Assembly (NCBI GenBank): GCA_041583135.1 | Contig: JBFHGJ010000001.1 | Coordinates: 41,337-105,336, forward strand | Origin: Alteromonadaceae bacterium | GTDB lineage: Bacteria; Pseudomonadota; Gammaproteobacteria; Enterobacterales; Alteromonadaceae | DNA length: 64,000 nucleotides | Reading direction: 5' to 3' | Shown here: positions 26,251 through 35,646 of the stretch, piece after piece | Layout: the number at the start of each line of letters is the position of its first letter | Numbering within the stretch: the first letter of the stretch is position 1 | Made by a program: the position numbers and the translations under genes | Notes under the pieces: model-generated | Told to the model about the DNA's origin: nothing | The model's input: only the letters and a program-made list of their open reading frames with translations | Databases searched by the model: none

Positions 26251-27666
26251 ATGGCTATCACATCAGCAGGGGTAGGTTCGGGCTTAGACCTTGAAGCGAT
26301 TATTCAGGTCACCGTTGACGCGGAGAATATACCCAAAGTTGCGCAGCTTGATAAGCGTGAAAGTGCCATTGATTTGCAGATAACCGCTTTGGGTCAAATG
26401 AAGTCTGGCCTGTCGGCGTTTAATACTCAGTTGGATATCTTAAAAGAGATCACCAGCTTTAATCAGCGTACTGCCAACATAACACAACCTTCTACCGGTG
26501 GCGATTTGATCTCTGTTACCTCAGAATCTACCGCCACCACCGGCGCTTTTGAGATCTCTGACGTGGTCACCGCTCAAGGTAGCCGAGCGCAGTCATCTGC
26601 CGGTAACGAGTTCAGCGCGACGACCGATGTGGTTACCGCCTCAGGTGGACAGCTGACCTTTACCGCAGGCGCCAAAACCTTTGCGGTCAACTTGGCCGCA
26701 GGTGCGACCTTAGACGATTTACGTACTGCCATCAATGATGCCTCCGACAACTTCGGTTTGTCGGCCAATATCATCAACACCGGTACTACCTCTAACTTGG
26801 TATTAACTTCGTCGGTCACCGGTGCCGGTAACGACTTGGTGATCTCCAACAACACCGCTGAGCTTGATAAGGTGTCTACCGTTGCCAACGGCGGCGGCGC
26901 AGGCGGTCTTGTCATCAATGCCGGTGATGAAGCTCGTAGCGCCTCGATGAAAATCGACGGCATTACCGTGACCAGTGATACCAATACATTCACCAATGCC
27001 ATTCAAGACAGTACCATTACGGTATTGCGTGACTCAGACCCGGCCAATCTTGCCACCGACAAGGCAACTTTGAACATCGAAACCGACAAAGAAAACGTTA
27101 AAGAGACCATTAATAAGTTTATCGATAGCTATAATACGCTTATCGATACTTTGAATCTGGTGGCTGAATCGAAAACTGCCGATGCAACTGCTAGGGGCTT
27201 ACGTCGTACCATCATCGATCAGATGGGCACCTTTGTATCGGGCGCCGGCAATCTGCAAACGGTATGGGACATCGGTTTTAAAATGGACAACAACAACAAG
27301 TTGTCGTTAGATTCAACCGCAGTCAACACCCTAGATGACGCATTAACCAATTCTTATGACGATGTTGGCACATTGTTTGCTGGTGCAGGTGGTGTTGCAG
27401 CCACACTATCAGCCAGTGTCGATATTTACTTAAATAGCAGCGGCGTTTTTAAAAATCAGCAAGATGCCTTGGATTTGGCGAAAAAGGACATTACTCAAGA
27501 TAGAGATAATCATACCTATCGTATGGACTTGTTTGAAAAGCGCTTAAGAGAGAAATATGCCAGCCTTGACGTTTTAATCGCCGGTATGCGTTCTCAAGGT
27601 AATGCAGTTGCCTCTGCTCTGTCGAGCTTGCCTGGCTTTGGTAGCGGCTTGAACAAAAACTCTTAG
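26251..27666 (+). CDS. fliD: flagellar filament cap protein FliD
   Basis: MAITSAGVGSGLDLEAII N-terminus, 471 aa, gene order. Confidence 0.92.
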   Translation: MAITSAGVGSGLDLEAIIQVTVDAENIPKVAQLDKRESAIDLQITALGQMKSGLSAFNTQLDILKEITSFNQRTANITQPSTGGDLISVTSESTATTGAFEISDVVTAQGSRAQSSAGNEFSATTDVVTASGGQLTFTAGAKTFAVNLAAGATLDDLRTAINDASDNFGLSANIINTGTTSNLVLTSSVTGAGNDLVISNNTAELDKVSTVANGGGAGGLVINAGDEARSASMKIDGITVTSDTNTFTNAIQDSTITVLRDSDPANLATDKATLNIETDKENVKETINKFIDSYNTLIDTLNLVAESKTADATARGLRRTIIDQMGTFVSGAGNLQTVWDIGFKMDNNNKLSLDSTAVNTLDDALTNSYDDVGTLFAGAGGVAATLSASVDIYLNSSGVFKNQQDALDLAKKDITQDRDNHTYRMDLFEKRLREKYASLDVLIAGMRSQGNAVASALSSLPGFGSGLNKNS

Positions 27667-27778
27667 TGCTGTTTTTGTTCAAAGCGATTGAAATTATTTG
27701 CAATTTAGCGGATATTTCAATGATGTTGGCGCAGCCGAACTCAAGTTTAAACAGAATTTAAGGTTTAATAGGTGCACT

Positions 27779-28201
27779 ATGTTGGCAAGACGAAAAATCA
27801 ACGCGTATCAAAAAGAGAGTGTTAAAGCACAGCTCGCTGGCGCGAATCCCTACACCATCATTCAAATGTTGATGCAGGGATTTTTGGAGCGCGTAGCCAA
27901 AGGTAAGGGCTGTATTGAACGTGGCGACTTGCAGGGTAAGGCCGAGCACTTGTCTAAAGCTTCAGCGATTTTACATGCCTTGTCTGAATCATTGGATTTA
28001 GACGTTGGTGGTGAAGTGGCGCAAAACCTTGCCTCGTTATATGAATACATGTTGATGCGGGTTACCGACGCTTCCGTTGAAAAAACCATCGAACCGCTTG
28101 ATGAAGTGATGAAGTTGATGCTTGAGATCAAAAGCGGTTGGGATGCCATTCCTAACTCCGAGGTTGACAATGCGTTGGCGCTGCAAGCTCAGCGCGGTTA
28201 A
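27779..28201 (+). CDS. fliS: flagellin export chaperone FliS
   Basis: N-terminus MLARRKINAYQKESVKAQLAGANPYTIIQMLMQG is FliS-like. The 27-codon N-terminal extension in the ORF track was rejected. Confidence 0.88.
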   Translation: MLARRKINAYQKESVKAQLAGANPYTIIQMLMQGFLERVAKGKGCIERGDLQGKAEHLSKASAILHALSESLDLDVGGEVAQNLASLYEYMLMRVTDASVEKTIEPLDEVMKLMLEIKSGWDAIPNSEVDNALALQAQRG

Positions 28202-28206
28202 CCTAG

Positions 28207-28533
28207 GTGACTACCTCATCGTTTGCCACATTGGTTGAGCAAACCAATGCCTGTAGCGTCAAAATTTATCAGCATTGTGAAACTGCCGAGTGGGACTCAT
28301 GTGTCCCATTAATTGCCGAACGCGAACAATTGTTAGCGCAGCTTTTGCAATTGAGTAGTGAGCTGGCACCTGCCGAAATTGAAATTCTTGCCGGACTATA
28401 TCAAGATATATTGAAAAACGATGAGGTATACTTACCTCGTGCAGAGTCGGCCAAAGGTGAGATCAACCTACAACTACGGCACATTAAGCGTGCTGAACTC
28501 AATGCCTTGCCGGCCTACCGTAAACACTCGTAA
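28207..28533 (+). CDS. putative FliT-like flagellar chaperone
   Basis: 108-aa helical protein immediately after fliS, with a GTG start. Assigned by position and size only. Confidence 0.45.
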   Translation: MTTSSFATLVEQTNACSVKIYQHCETAEWDSCVPLIAEREQLLAQLLQLSSELAPAEIEILAGLYQDILKNDEVYLPRAESAKGEINLQLRHIKRAELNALPAYRKHS

Positions 28534-28565
28534 TCGACCAATCAGTTTAAAGGTGCAGGTTTTCT

Positions 28566-30722
28566 ATGTCCGCAGAAAATGACAACAAAAAGGATGAGAT
28601 CAGCGAGATCCTCGCAAACGCTGAACAAAAGGTGCAGCAGTTAAGTGAGCGTGCGCAAAAGGAAAAGGCGTTAGAGAAAAAAATGGGGCAGCGTTTTGAA
28701 AAAAACATTGTGGCGCTGAAAAAATACCTGCCGGATATCGCAGCCCAGTTCCGTCATTACAAACCTGAATCTATGCAGTTCTTCTGCGCGCCCAGCGGTG
28801 ATGCCAATATCGTTGAAAGCACAAGCGGCGTACCGCTGTACAGTGATGATCCGATTGAGCAATGTCGTGATCAGGTGCAGAGAAACATCGAACAGCCAAA
28901 ATACACCAGCATTGGTTTTTCTAGCGAAGAAGAACAAAGCAATACCTTTATTCATAGCCGTTATATGGGGGCTATTTATAAGGAATTTCTCAAAGAAAAA
29001 GAAACCCTTGAGCCGCTGACGTCAATCCCTGAACACCTCGGGGCGATGATCATGTTTGGGGTCGGACTAGGCTACCATCTCCCGGCATTGTTTGAGCAGG
29101 TAACTATCGACCATATGTACATCTGTGAGCCTTCAAACGATTTATTCTATGCTAGCCTATTTACCTGTGACTGGGAATATGTGCTGAAAACCATCGATGA
29201 AAAAGACGGTGTGTTGCATTTAAGACTGGGTGTCGATTATCAAAAGTTCACCGACGACTTTATCAATGAATTAAAAGATAAAGGCTCGTTCAATGCCTCC
29301 AATGCGGTGTTATATCAGCACTACCCATCGGAGCAGATCCAAAGGATCATTAATGAGTTCTCCCAGCAGTTTCATATGGTGGCTATCGGATGGGGCTTCT
29401 TTGATGATGGTGTGATCAGTATTGCCCACGATTACGCCAATGCCCAAAACAAAACGCCTTACCTAAAAAAGACCGCCGCGCTGCCAAGACACTGGAAAGA
29501 TGTACCGGCGATCATCGTGGCCAACGGACCGTCTATTGATGCCACCATTGAGTATGTTAAAGCCCATCAAAACGATGGTATCGTTTTTTGCTGTGGTACC
29601 GCAATAAATACACTGCTTAAGCATGGTATCGTGCCGGATTTTCATGTTGAGCTTGAAAGAACCAAGCTGACCTATGACTTGTTGGTGGAGTTTGTTGATA
29701 ACGAGCAGATGAAGCAAATGAACTTTCTCTCGGTCAACGTGATGCATCCAAGAGCCACTGAACTATTTAAGTGGTCGGGTCTGGCCTTTAAGCCGGCTGA
29801 GCCTTCAACCATCATTTCATCTGAGTTTATCGATAAAGACAGCACCTTTACTCGTCTAAGTTACTGTAATCCGCTAGTGGCAAACACGGCTTTGTCGTAT
29901 GCCTGTTATATGGGCTTTAAAGAAATTTATTTGTTTGGTGTCGATAACGGTTATGTCACCAAAGATCATTTCCACTCAAAACAAAGCTACTACTACACCG
30001 AAGATGGTGAGGAGAAAACAGAGATCACTAAAATGATGCTAACCGACCAGTTAGAGGTCGAAGGTAACTTTGGTGATACTGTGTTTACTACGGCATTTTA
30101 TGATACCGGTCGTCATTCGCTCGGGCATTTGCTCGGTCGTTACCCTAAGGTCAATTGCTACAATTGCTCTGACGGTGCCAAGATAAACCATACCTTCCCG
30201 GTTTATCCCGAGGACTTGCTGATCTCCCCTTTGAATGTTGATAAAAATGACATCGTTGAGTACATCAAATCTGAGTTCTTTGCGCCACAAGATCACGACC
30301 CCGATGCCTATCAGAACTGGCTTGCGATTAATAAGTTTGACGATATTGTCGATGAAATGCTGGCATTTACCGACAAAAAGTTTACCTCCCGTGGCGAGTT
30401 GGCTACGGCGTTGAAATTACAAGTCCGTTATCTATATTCGTTCTCGCAAACGCGTTTTCGCCACCTTTACTTTATGTTGGATGGCTCAGTCATTTATGCG
30501 CATACTGTCTTTAGAATGGCGCTTTACGGTTTTGCCGATGAGAAAGAAATGCTCAGAGTGATGCATAGCCTGTTGGATCTGTATCACGAGTATTTGCGTG
30601 AAGCGAAGAAGAAGTTTAGACGTGTGCTTGAAGAAGTGGATGAGCAAGACTTTAAAGTGCTTGAAATGTTCAGAAAAGGCCACAAGAAAGCGGCAGATGC
30701 CAATGCAGGCAATCACGAGTAA
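28566..30722 (+). CDS. maf: motility-associated factor (Maf, DUF115/MptE-like) putative flagellin nonulosonic-acid glycosyltransferase
   Basis: 718 aa with a central AIIVANGPSID motif typical of Maf/DUF115 proteins. It sits beside flagellin and pse genes. Confidence 0.75.
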   Translation: MSAENDNKKDEISEILANAEQKVQQLSERAQKEKALEKKMGQRFEKNIVALKKYLPDIAAQFRHYKPESMQFFCAPSGDANIVESTSGVPLYSDDPIEQCRDQVQRNIEQPKYTSIGFSSEEEQSNTFIHSRYMGAIYKEFLKEKETLEPLTSIPEHLGAMIMFGVGLGYHLPALFEQVTIDHMYICEPSNDLFYASLFTCDWEYVLKTIDEKDGVLHLRLGVDYQKFTDDFINELKDKGSFNASNAVLYQHYPSEQIQRIINEFSQQFHMVAIGWGFFDDGVISIAHDYANAQNKTPYLKKTAALPRHWKDVPAIIVANGPSIDATIEYVKAHQNDGIVFCCGTAINTLLKHGIVPDFHVELERTKLTYDLLVEFVDNEQMKQMNFLSVNVMHPRATELFKWSGLAFKPAEPSTIISSEFIDKDSTFTRLSYCNPLVANTALSYACYMGFKEIYLFGVDNGYVTKDHFHSKQSYYYTEDGEEKTEITKMMLTDQLEVEGNFGDTVFTTAFYDTGRHSLGHLLGRYPKVNCYNCSDGAKINHTFPVYPEDLLISPLNVDKNDIVEYIKSEFFAPQDHDPDAYQNWLAINKFDDIVDEMLAFTDKKFTSRGELATALKLQVRYLYSFSQTRFRHLYFMLDGSVIYAHTVFRMALYGFADEKEMLRVMHSLLDLYHEYLREAKKKFRRVLEEVDEQDFKVLEMFRKGHKKAADANAGNHE

Positions 30723-30765
30723 AGCCGCAATGTGGCCTGTTATCGCATTGTCTTAGTAGAGAAAT

Positions 30766-30791
30766 AAAGGGCTGGAAATTCCAGCCCTTTT
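30766..30791. terminator. bidirectional terminator between the convergent maf and fusion genes
   Basis: AAAGGGCTGGAA/TTCCAGCCCTTT palindrome with an A-run upstream and a T-run downstream. Confidence 0.8.
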
Positions 30792-30899
30792 GGTGTCAAA
30801 ACAAGAGTTTCTACTTAACTCGCCTAAAGCAAACAAATTTGGGGCAGTTAGCGATGAAAATAGCTGTGCTCTACGGCCCTTCCTTACGTGAAGCTCAGG

Positions 30900-33038
30900 T
30901 TATTTAATAAATATCTCTTTAAACATATTCACCACTTGCTCTACCGTTGAGGTCTTAACATGGCGTTCATCGGTATCCCAAGCATCTTTAATACATTCGG
31001 TGACCAGCTCATAGCTCGGTAGGTAGTACACATCTTCATTGTTGTTGACCAATTCTTCGGCCGCCACCCTAAGCACGGCTTTGGAATGGGTGTTGGCGCT
31101 GATCACATGATGGGTGTCGGCGCGACCGGTGGCCAAAAATGGAATAGGAGAGACACTGATGATCAACTTAAACTTCGGATTATGGGCTTTACAAATATCG
31201 TAAAAGGTTTGAATGTTATCGATATTCTCCTGTACCGTCAGGGTCTTATGACGGACCAAAGGATACATATAAGAGCGCGGGTTGCGTGACATCACCGAGC
31301 CATCTCTAAACTGCCAGCACTCATTAAGACCTAAGGTAATAATAAATACTTCGGTTTGCTCAAGGGCCATGCGAGTGGCTTCAATGTGCTTGTTGTAATC
31401 TTCAAAGTAGGCATCTTTCGATAAAAACAGCACATTTTCACGATAAGGATCCATCCAAGTACCATCTTCTTGCTCAAACAACAGCTGCTTGGTGCGTTTG
31501 ACATCAAAAGCCCGTTCGGCCATTTGGCGAAAGCTTGGGGTGTTGAATAAGATCCCATAGTTGGCGCAGAACTTGGCATACTTGTCACCTGGCGTATAGC
31601 CATCGACGATGATCTTAGAGCCGGGGTCGTCATTGCGCTCAGTCACCACATAGTTGTAGCCTTGCTCTTGAAAGACTCTGGCAATTTCAAAGGCAAAACA
31701 ACTGCCCGCAGAGCCGATTGGGGTGCTCATATCCATGATGGGATATTTTTTTACAAAAGGGAGCGCATCGAACTTGCTGGCGGGCTTGGTCGGGTGATCT
31801 GGCGAGGGCCAGAAAATGCCCTCAGGCTCAGGTTTATTCTTCGTTGAATAACGGCTGATGGCGTCTTGAACTTCTTCTTCATACTCGGCCAAACGTAAGA
31901 GGTTGACAATATTCTCGCTGCCAAGCTCACCTTGCCAGTTAATGCTATGCTGATAGGAGTTTTTCAAGGTTTCCATCAACGATTCAATCGAATTCAATTC
32001 TACCAAATCTGGATCCAACTCAATCAAACGCTCAAACATCAGATCGGCAAAGTGCTCGTTAGAATACATGTTGTGCAGCAACAGTTTCAAATAGGCAGGC
32101 GAGCGGATCTCGCCGGTCGATGGGATCAATACCCGGTTGGCCATCTCTTGTGGATTACGATTGTAGTAATCCAGCAGCGCCGGAGGGCCGTCGTCGAAAG
32201 AGATGCTGTCGTTTTTCGGCATCCATATTTCTTCACGGGTAAACTGATAAGGATAGGGTGAAGGAATGAAACACAGTTGCAGTACGTAGCGTGAAGCCTT
32301 ATCCGGTACTACACCAATATGGGCCAATTGATTGGGGTTGAACAACAGCGCATCGCCGGCTTCAATGTCTTCATACATGGTTTCAACCGGCTCAATGCCC
32401 TTAGCACGACACAGTGGGCCTAAGTCTTCGACGCGGTCGCTGACATTATTGAAGATATAGCCGGCATTTTTGAGCTGAGTGCTTGAATGTAGATCCAAAA
32501 ACTTGGTATTGCCGCCGTGTTCTTCATAGGCGTTGAGATAAATCAGCATTTTCAGATGCTTTTCCGGGCCGCCGTCACAGTGCCAATAAGTTGACACGAT
32601 GCGTTTTTCCATGTCGGCTTCCGATTCCAAAAAGGTATACCAGTAAAGCATGTACTCACTGTTGAAGTACGAGCAAATATAGCTGTCGATTTCCTCGGTT
32701 AAGATCATCGGCAGTAGCTTGTCCATAAACTTTGGATGGTAAATGGTGGCCAACGAGTTCGAGCCTTCACGGATAAAGATCTTACATAGATCTTTAGGCA
32801 AAACACCTTTAAGTCGGGTCTGGTGGTTGCGGGTCAACTCACAGTCTTGCAGGACTTCCGGACGCTTAAAGTTATCTTGCGAGGCTTTATACAGTTCGTT
32901 GTAACGCCTCGAGTTTTCGTAAAGGTTTCGCAGTTTTATATGTGAATCTGGGGTGAGGTAATAGGTGACCCCTTCGTATTCTTCTTCATATTGCCGTACC
33001 GGACCGACGCCGGTAAATTGTATCGTTTTTACTTTCAT
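30900..33038 (-). CDS. fusion protein: N-terminal PhyH/2OG-Fe(II)-oxygenase-like domain plus C-terminal GSCFA-family (SGNH-like) domain
   Basis: In ORF-track numbering: WH155-C-D157GG, H242 and R252 fit an HxD...H...R pattern. The literal GSCFA motif is at 447-451 (IGSAGSCFAFEI), and D692-E-R-H695 lies near the C-terminus. ATG 33038 is preferred over TTG 33044 as the start. Confidence 0.6.
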   Translation of the reverse strand: MKVKTIQFTGVGPVRQYEEEYEGVTYYLTPDSHIKLRNLYENSRRYNELYKASQDNFKRPEVLQDCELTRNHQTRLKGVLPKDLCKIFIREGSNSLATIYHPKFMDKLLPMILTEEIDSYICSYFNSEYMLYWYTFLESEADMEKRIVSTYWHCDGGPEKHLKMLIYLNAYEEHGGNTKFLDLHSSTQLKNAGYIFNNVSDRVEDLGPLCRAKGIEPVETMYEDIEAGDALLFNPNQLAHIGVVPDKASRYVLQLCFIPSPYPYQFTREEIWMPKNDSISFDDGPPALLDYYNRNPQEMANRVLIPSTGEIRSPAYLKLLLHNMYSNEHFADLMFERLIELDPDLVELNSIESLMETLKNSYQHSINWQGELGSENIVNLLRLAEYEEEVQDAISRYSTKNKPEPEGIFWPSPDHPTKPASKFDALPFVKKYPIMDMSTPIGSAGSCFAFEIARVFQEQGYNYVVTERNDDPGSKIIVDGYTPGDKYAKFCANYGILFNTPSFRQMAERAFDVKRTKQLLFEQEDGTWMDPYRENVLFLSKDAYFEDYNKHIEATRMALEQTEVFIITLGLNECWQFRDGSVMSRNPRSYMYPLVRHKTLTVQENIDNIQTFYDICKAHNPKFKLIISVSPIPFLATGRADTHHVISANTHSKAVLRVAAEELVNNNEDVYYLPSYELVTECIKDAWDTDERHVKTSTVEQVVNMFKEIFIK

Positions 33039-33119
33039 GAGCAATTAAAGTCCAAAACAGGTTTCTACTGATACTTGATTTAAGTGAAGCAAACAATGGG
33101 CCGATTTGCTAATGACTTT

Positions 33120-34172
33120 TTATTTGGCGATCATTTCATGCTTGAGCGCACTACCGCGTTCAATGTCGCAGGCGGCTGTTTTGCCTAGCACCTCGTCGTA
33201 GAACTTCGGCTCAAGCCCAAACCCCGGACGGATACGACGAATGTTTTGCGCGCTGAAGGCTTCGCCTTTTTTCATGTCGGCCACCACGTAAATCGAACGG
33301 CGGAACTTTAAGTTGCCACTTTCGGCCGCCTTGGTGGTGTAGTCGCCTTGTCCTAGTGCTTGCCACGCCTCTTTTGCGCTGCGACACAGCAGCGCCAGCT
33401 CCTCAGGCTCTAGTGAAAAGGCCGCATCCGGGCCACCATCTTCACGTTTTAAGGTGAAGTGTTTTTCTATGACATGAGCACCCAATGCGACACTGGCAAC
33501 TGCCGCTGTGACGCCCAAGGTATGGTCCGATAGCCCGATACAACAATCAAAGTCTTGTTGCAGCCTCACCATGCTAAGCAAATTCGATTGCTCGATTGGG
33601 GTGGGGTAACCGCTGATGCAATGCAACAAAATAATGTCTCTGGCGCCATGCCGACGGGCCGTTGTCACCGCCTGTTCAATTTCTTGTTGATTGGCCATAC
33701 CGGTAGACATGATCAGCGGCTTGCCGGTCTTGGCAACTTTTTCGATGAGCATCACATCGGTCAGCTCAAACGAGGCGATTTTGTAGGCTGGTGCGCCCAA
33801 TTGCTCCAGCAGTTCAACCGCAGATTCATCAAATGGCGAGCTGAATATGGTGATCCCCAACTTGGCGGCTTCATCAAACAGTTGTTGATGCCATTCCCAA
33901 GGCGTGTGCGCCCATTCATAGAGCTGATAAAGCTGCTGACCATCCCACAGCCCGCCATCAATAAGAAAGTCGGGCTTATCACAGTCGATGGTCATAGTAT
34001 CGGCGGTATAGGTTTGCAGTTTGACCGCGCTGGCACCGGCCTTTTTGGCCTCACGAAGGAGTGCTATTGCGCGGTTGATATCGCCGTTGTGGTTACCGGA
34101 GATCTCTGCGATAACATAAGGCGGGTGATTGTTGCCGATGCCGACACCATCAATATGTATTTCATGATTCAT
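33120..34172 (-). CDS. pseI: pseudaminic acid synthase (NeuB family)
   Basis: PPYVIAEISGNHNGD and HCISGYPTP motifs. Start set at the ATG behind GAGGGAG, which overlaps the end of the upstream gene by 11 nt. Confidence 0.85.
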   Translation of the reverse strand: MNHEIHIDGVGIGNNHPPYVIAEISGNHNGDINRAIALLREAKKAGASAVKLQTYTADTMTIDCDKPDFLIDGGLWDGQQLYQLYEWAHTPWEWHQQLFDEAAKLGITIFSSPFDESAVELLEQLGAPAYKIASFELTDVMLIEKVAKTGKPLIMSTGMANQQEIEQAVTTARRHGARDIILLHCISGYPTPIEQSNLLSMVRLQQDFDCCIGLSDHTLGVTAAVASVALGAHVIEKHFTLKREDGGPDAAFSLEPEELALLCRSAKEAWQALGQGDYTTKAAESGNLKFRRSIYVVADMKKGEAFSAQNIRRIRPGFGLEPKFYDEVLGKTAACDIERGSALKHEMIAK

Positions 34173-35646
34173 GTTGTTTACTCCCTCGTTGATACCAGTT
34201 ATCGCCGATTGGCGTAAAACCGGCCTTGGCAAACGCTTTAATTGAAGCACTATTGTGCGCATCGATATAGGCTAGCAAGGTTTTTTCTTGGTGAAGCTCA
34301 GCCAGCAGCTTGAGTGCCAAAGGGCCAAGTCCTTGACCCAAGCCCTGGGGCGCGATAGCAATGGATACTTCGTGTCCGTTTGTTGTTGGGTTGAGCCGGA
34401 CAAAGCCGAGCGGTTGTTTGTCTTTTACCAGTAGATAAAAATCAATTTCTGGCGATTGCATGACTTTGCCGAACCAGCGTTGATGGTCGCTGAGCTTCGG
34501 TGGCTTGGGATCGCGAGCAAAGCGCCTTGTTTCAGGGGCTTGCTGCCACTGATATAACACCATCATATCCGGCCAGTCTACGCGCTCAAGATGATACCGT
34601 GAAGCATTGCGCAACTGCTGTAGTCGTTGCGTCAGTTCGCTGATACCGCTACCGTCACAAACTTTGGCGGCTTGTTTGGATAAGCTTTGCAATGGTTCTT
34701 TCGCGTCTACAAATGCCGTGAGCATCGGTAGCAGATGAGTATCAACCTGCGCTGCTGTCATGGTGCCGATGGCAGCCCCACTGTCGGCGGCTGCCTGAAC
34801 AATATGGGCTTGATTGTCTGCCGCGCAGATCAGAATATTCGGCAGGCCCAAACAGCAGCGTTCCAACATGGACGTTCCGGCGGCTGCGATAGCCATGTCG
34901 GCTTGGGTGATCACCTCTGCCATATTCTCGACATTCACTTTCAAGCTGATCCCACTTCGCTTTGCGACATATTCTCTTATGCGGTCTAAATGTTTGGCTT
35001 GAGCACTTAAAACCACCGTCACTTGAAATCGTTTTGTGTCGAGCTGGGCCAAAACCTGTTCAGTCAGATTGTCAGGATCGGTCGCGCCCAAACTCACCAA
35101 AATATGTTTCACTTCTTTGGTTTGCTCACGCTTGGCCAATGCTTGTTGTCGTTGTTCAATAAATTGCTGACGCAATAGAGCATATTTGGCCCCGACAATC
35201 AGCTGCTGGCATCTGTCATCAAGCCATGGTTGATAGTGGGCTTGGTTTCGAGCTAACGATTGGTCAAATAGCAGATCGCAGTGATAGGGGCGGTTGGCCA
35301 AATCGTCGATGACCATCAGGTGTTGGCACAGTGGGGCCATTTGCTTGTGCCATTTTGCATCTAGCTGGTAGTGATCAACCACAATCAAGTCGGGATATAG
35401 CGCTTCGAGCACTGCGCGCGAGGCAATGGCGTCAGCTTGCTGACAAAAGGCTTGGTGACCGGGAATAATCGATACGCCAAAGCCTTGGTGTAAAATCAGC
35501 TCGACCATATCTCCCGGCGCTTTGCGGCAAATAAAATGAATATAGCAACCCTGTTCGCGCAGCGCTTCGGCGAGTGTGAGGCAGCGGTAAATATGGCCGC
35601 CACCAATGTCTTTTGAGCCGTCGGCGCGAAAGACGATAACCGCCAT
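34162..35646 (-). CDS. pseG: bifunctional PseG (UDP-sugar hydrolase) and GNAT N-acetyltransferase (PseH-like) fusion
   Basis: N-terminus VFRADGSKDIGGGHIYRCLTLAEAL is PseG-like. The C-terminal ~150 aa is GNAT-like (GLGQGLGPLALKLL). Confidence 0.8.
   Translation of the reverse strand: MAVIVFRADGSKDIGGGHIYRCLTLAEALREQGCYIHFICRKAPGDMVELILHQGFGVSIIPGHQAFCQQADAIASRAVLEALYPDLIVVDHYQLDAKWHKQMAPLCQHLMVIDDLANRPYHCDLLFDQSLARNQAHYQPWLDDRCQQLIVGAKYALLRQQFIEQRQQALAKREQTKEVKHILVSLGATDPDNLTEQVLAQLDTKRFQVTVVLSAQAKHLDRIREYVAKRSGISLKVNVENMAEVITQADMAIAAAGTSMLERCCLGLPNILICAADNQAHIVQAAADSGAAIGTMTAAQVDTHLLPMLTAFVDAKEPLQSLSKQAAKVCDGSGISELTQRLQQLRNASRYHLERVDWPDMMVLYQWQQAPETRRFARDPKPPKLSDHQRWFGKVMQSPEIDFYLLVKDKQPLGFVRLNPTTNGHEVSIAIAPQGLGQGLGPLALKLLAELHQEKTLLAYIDAHNSASIKAFAKAGFTPIGDNWYQRGSKQHES

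Noticed and set aside
33555-34217. Long antisense ORFs lie inside pseI (220 aa), fliI (50847-51425, 192 aa), fliG (48700-49176, 158 aa) and FlgK/FliK.
   Set aside because: Each lies wholly within a gene with strong family motifs on the opposite strand. Their compositions (Arg/Pro/Ser-rich) are typical of non-coding frames.
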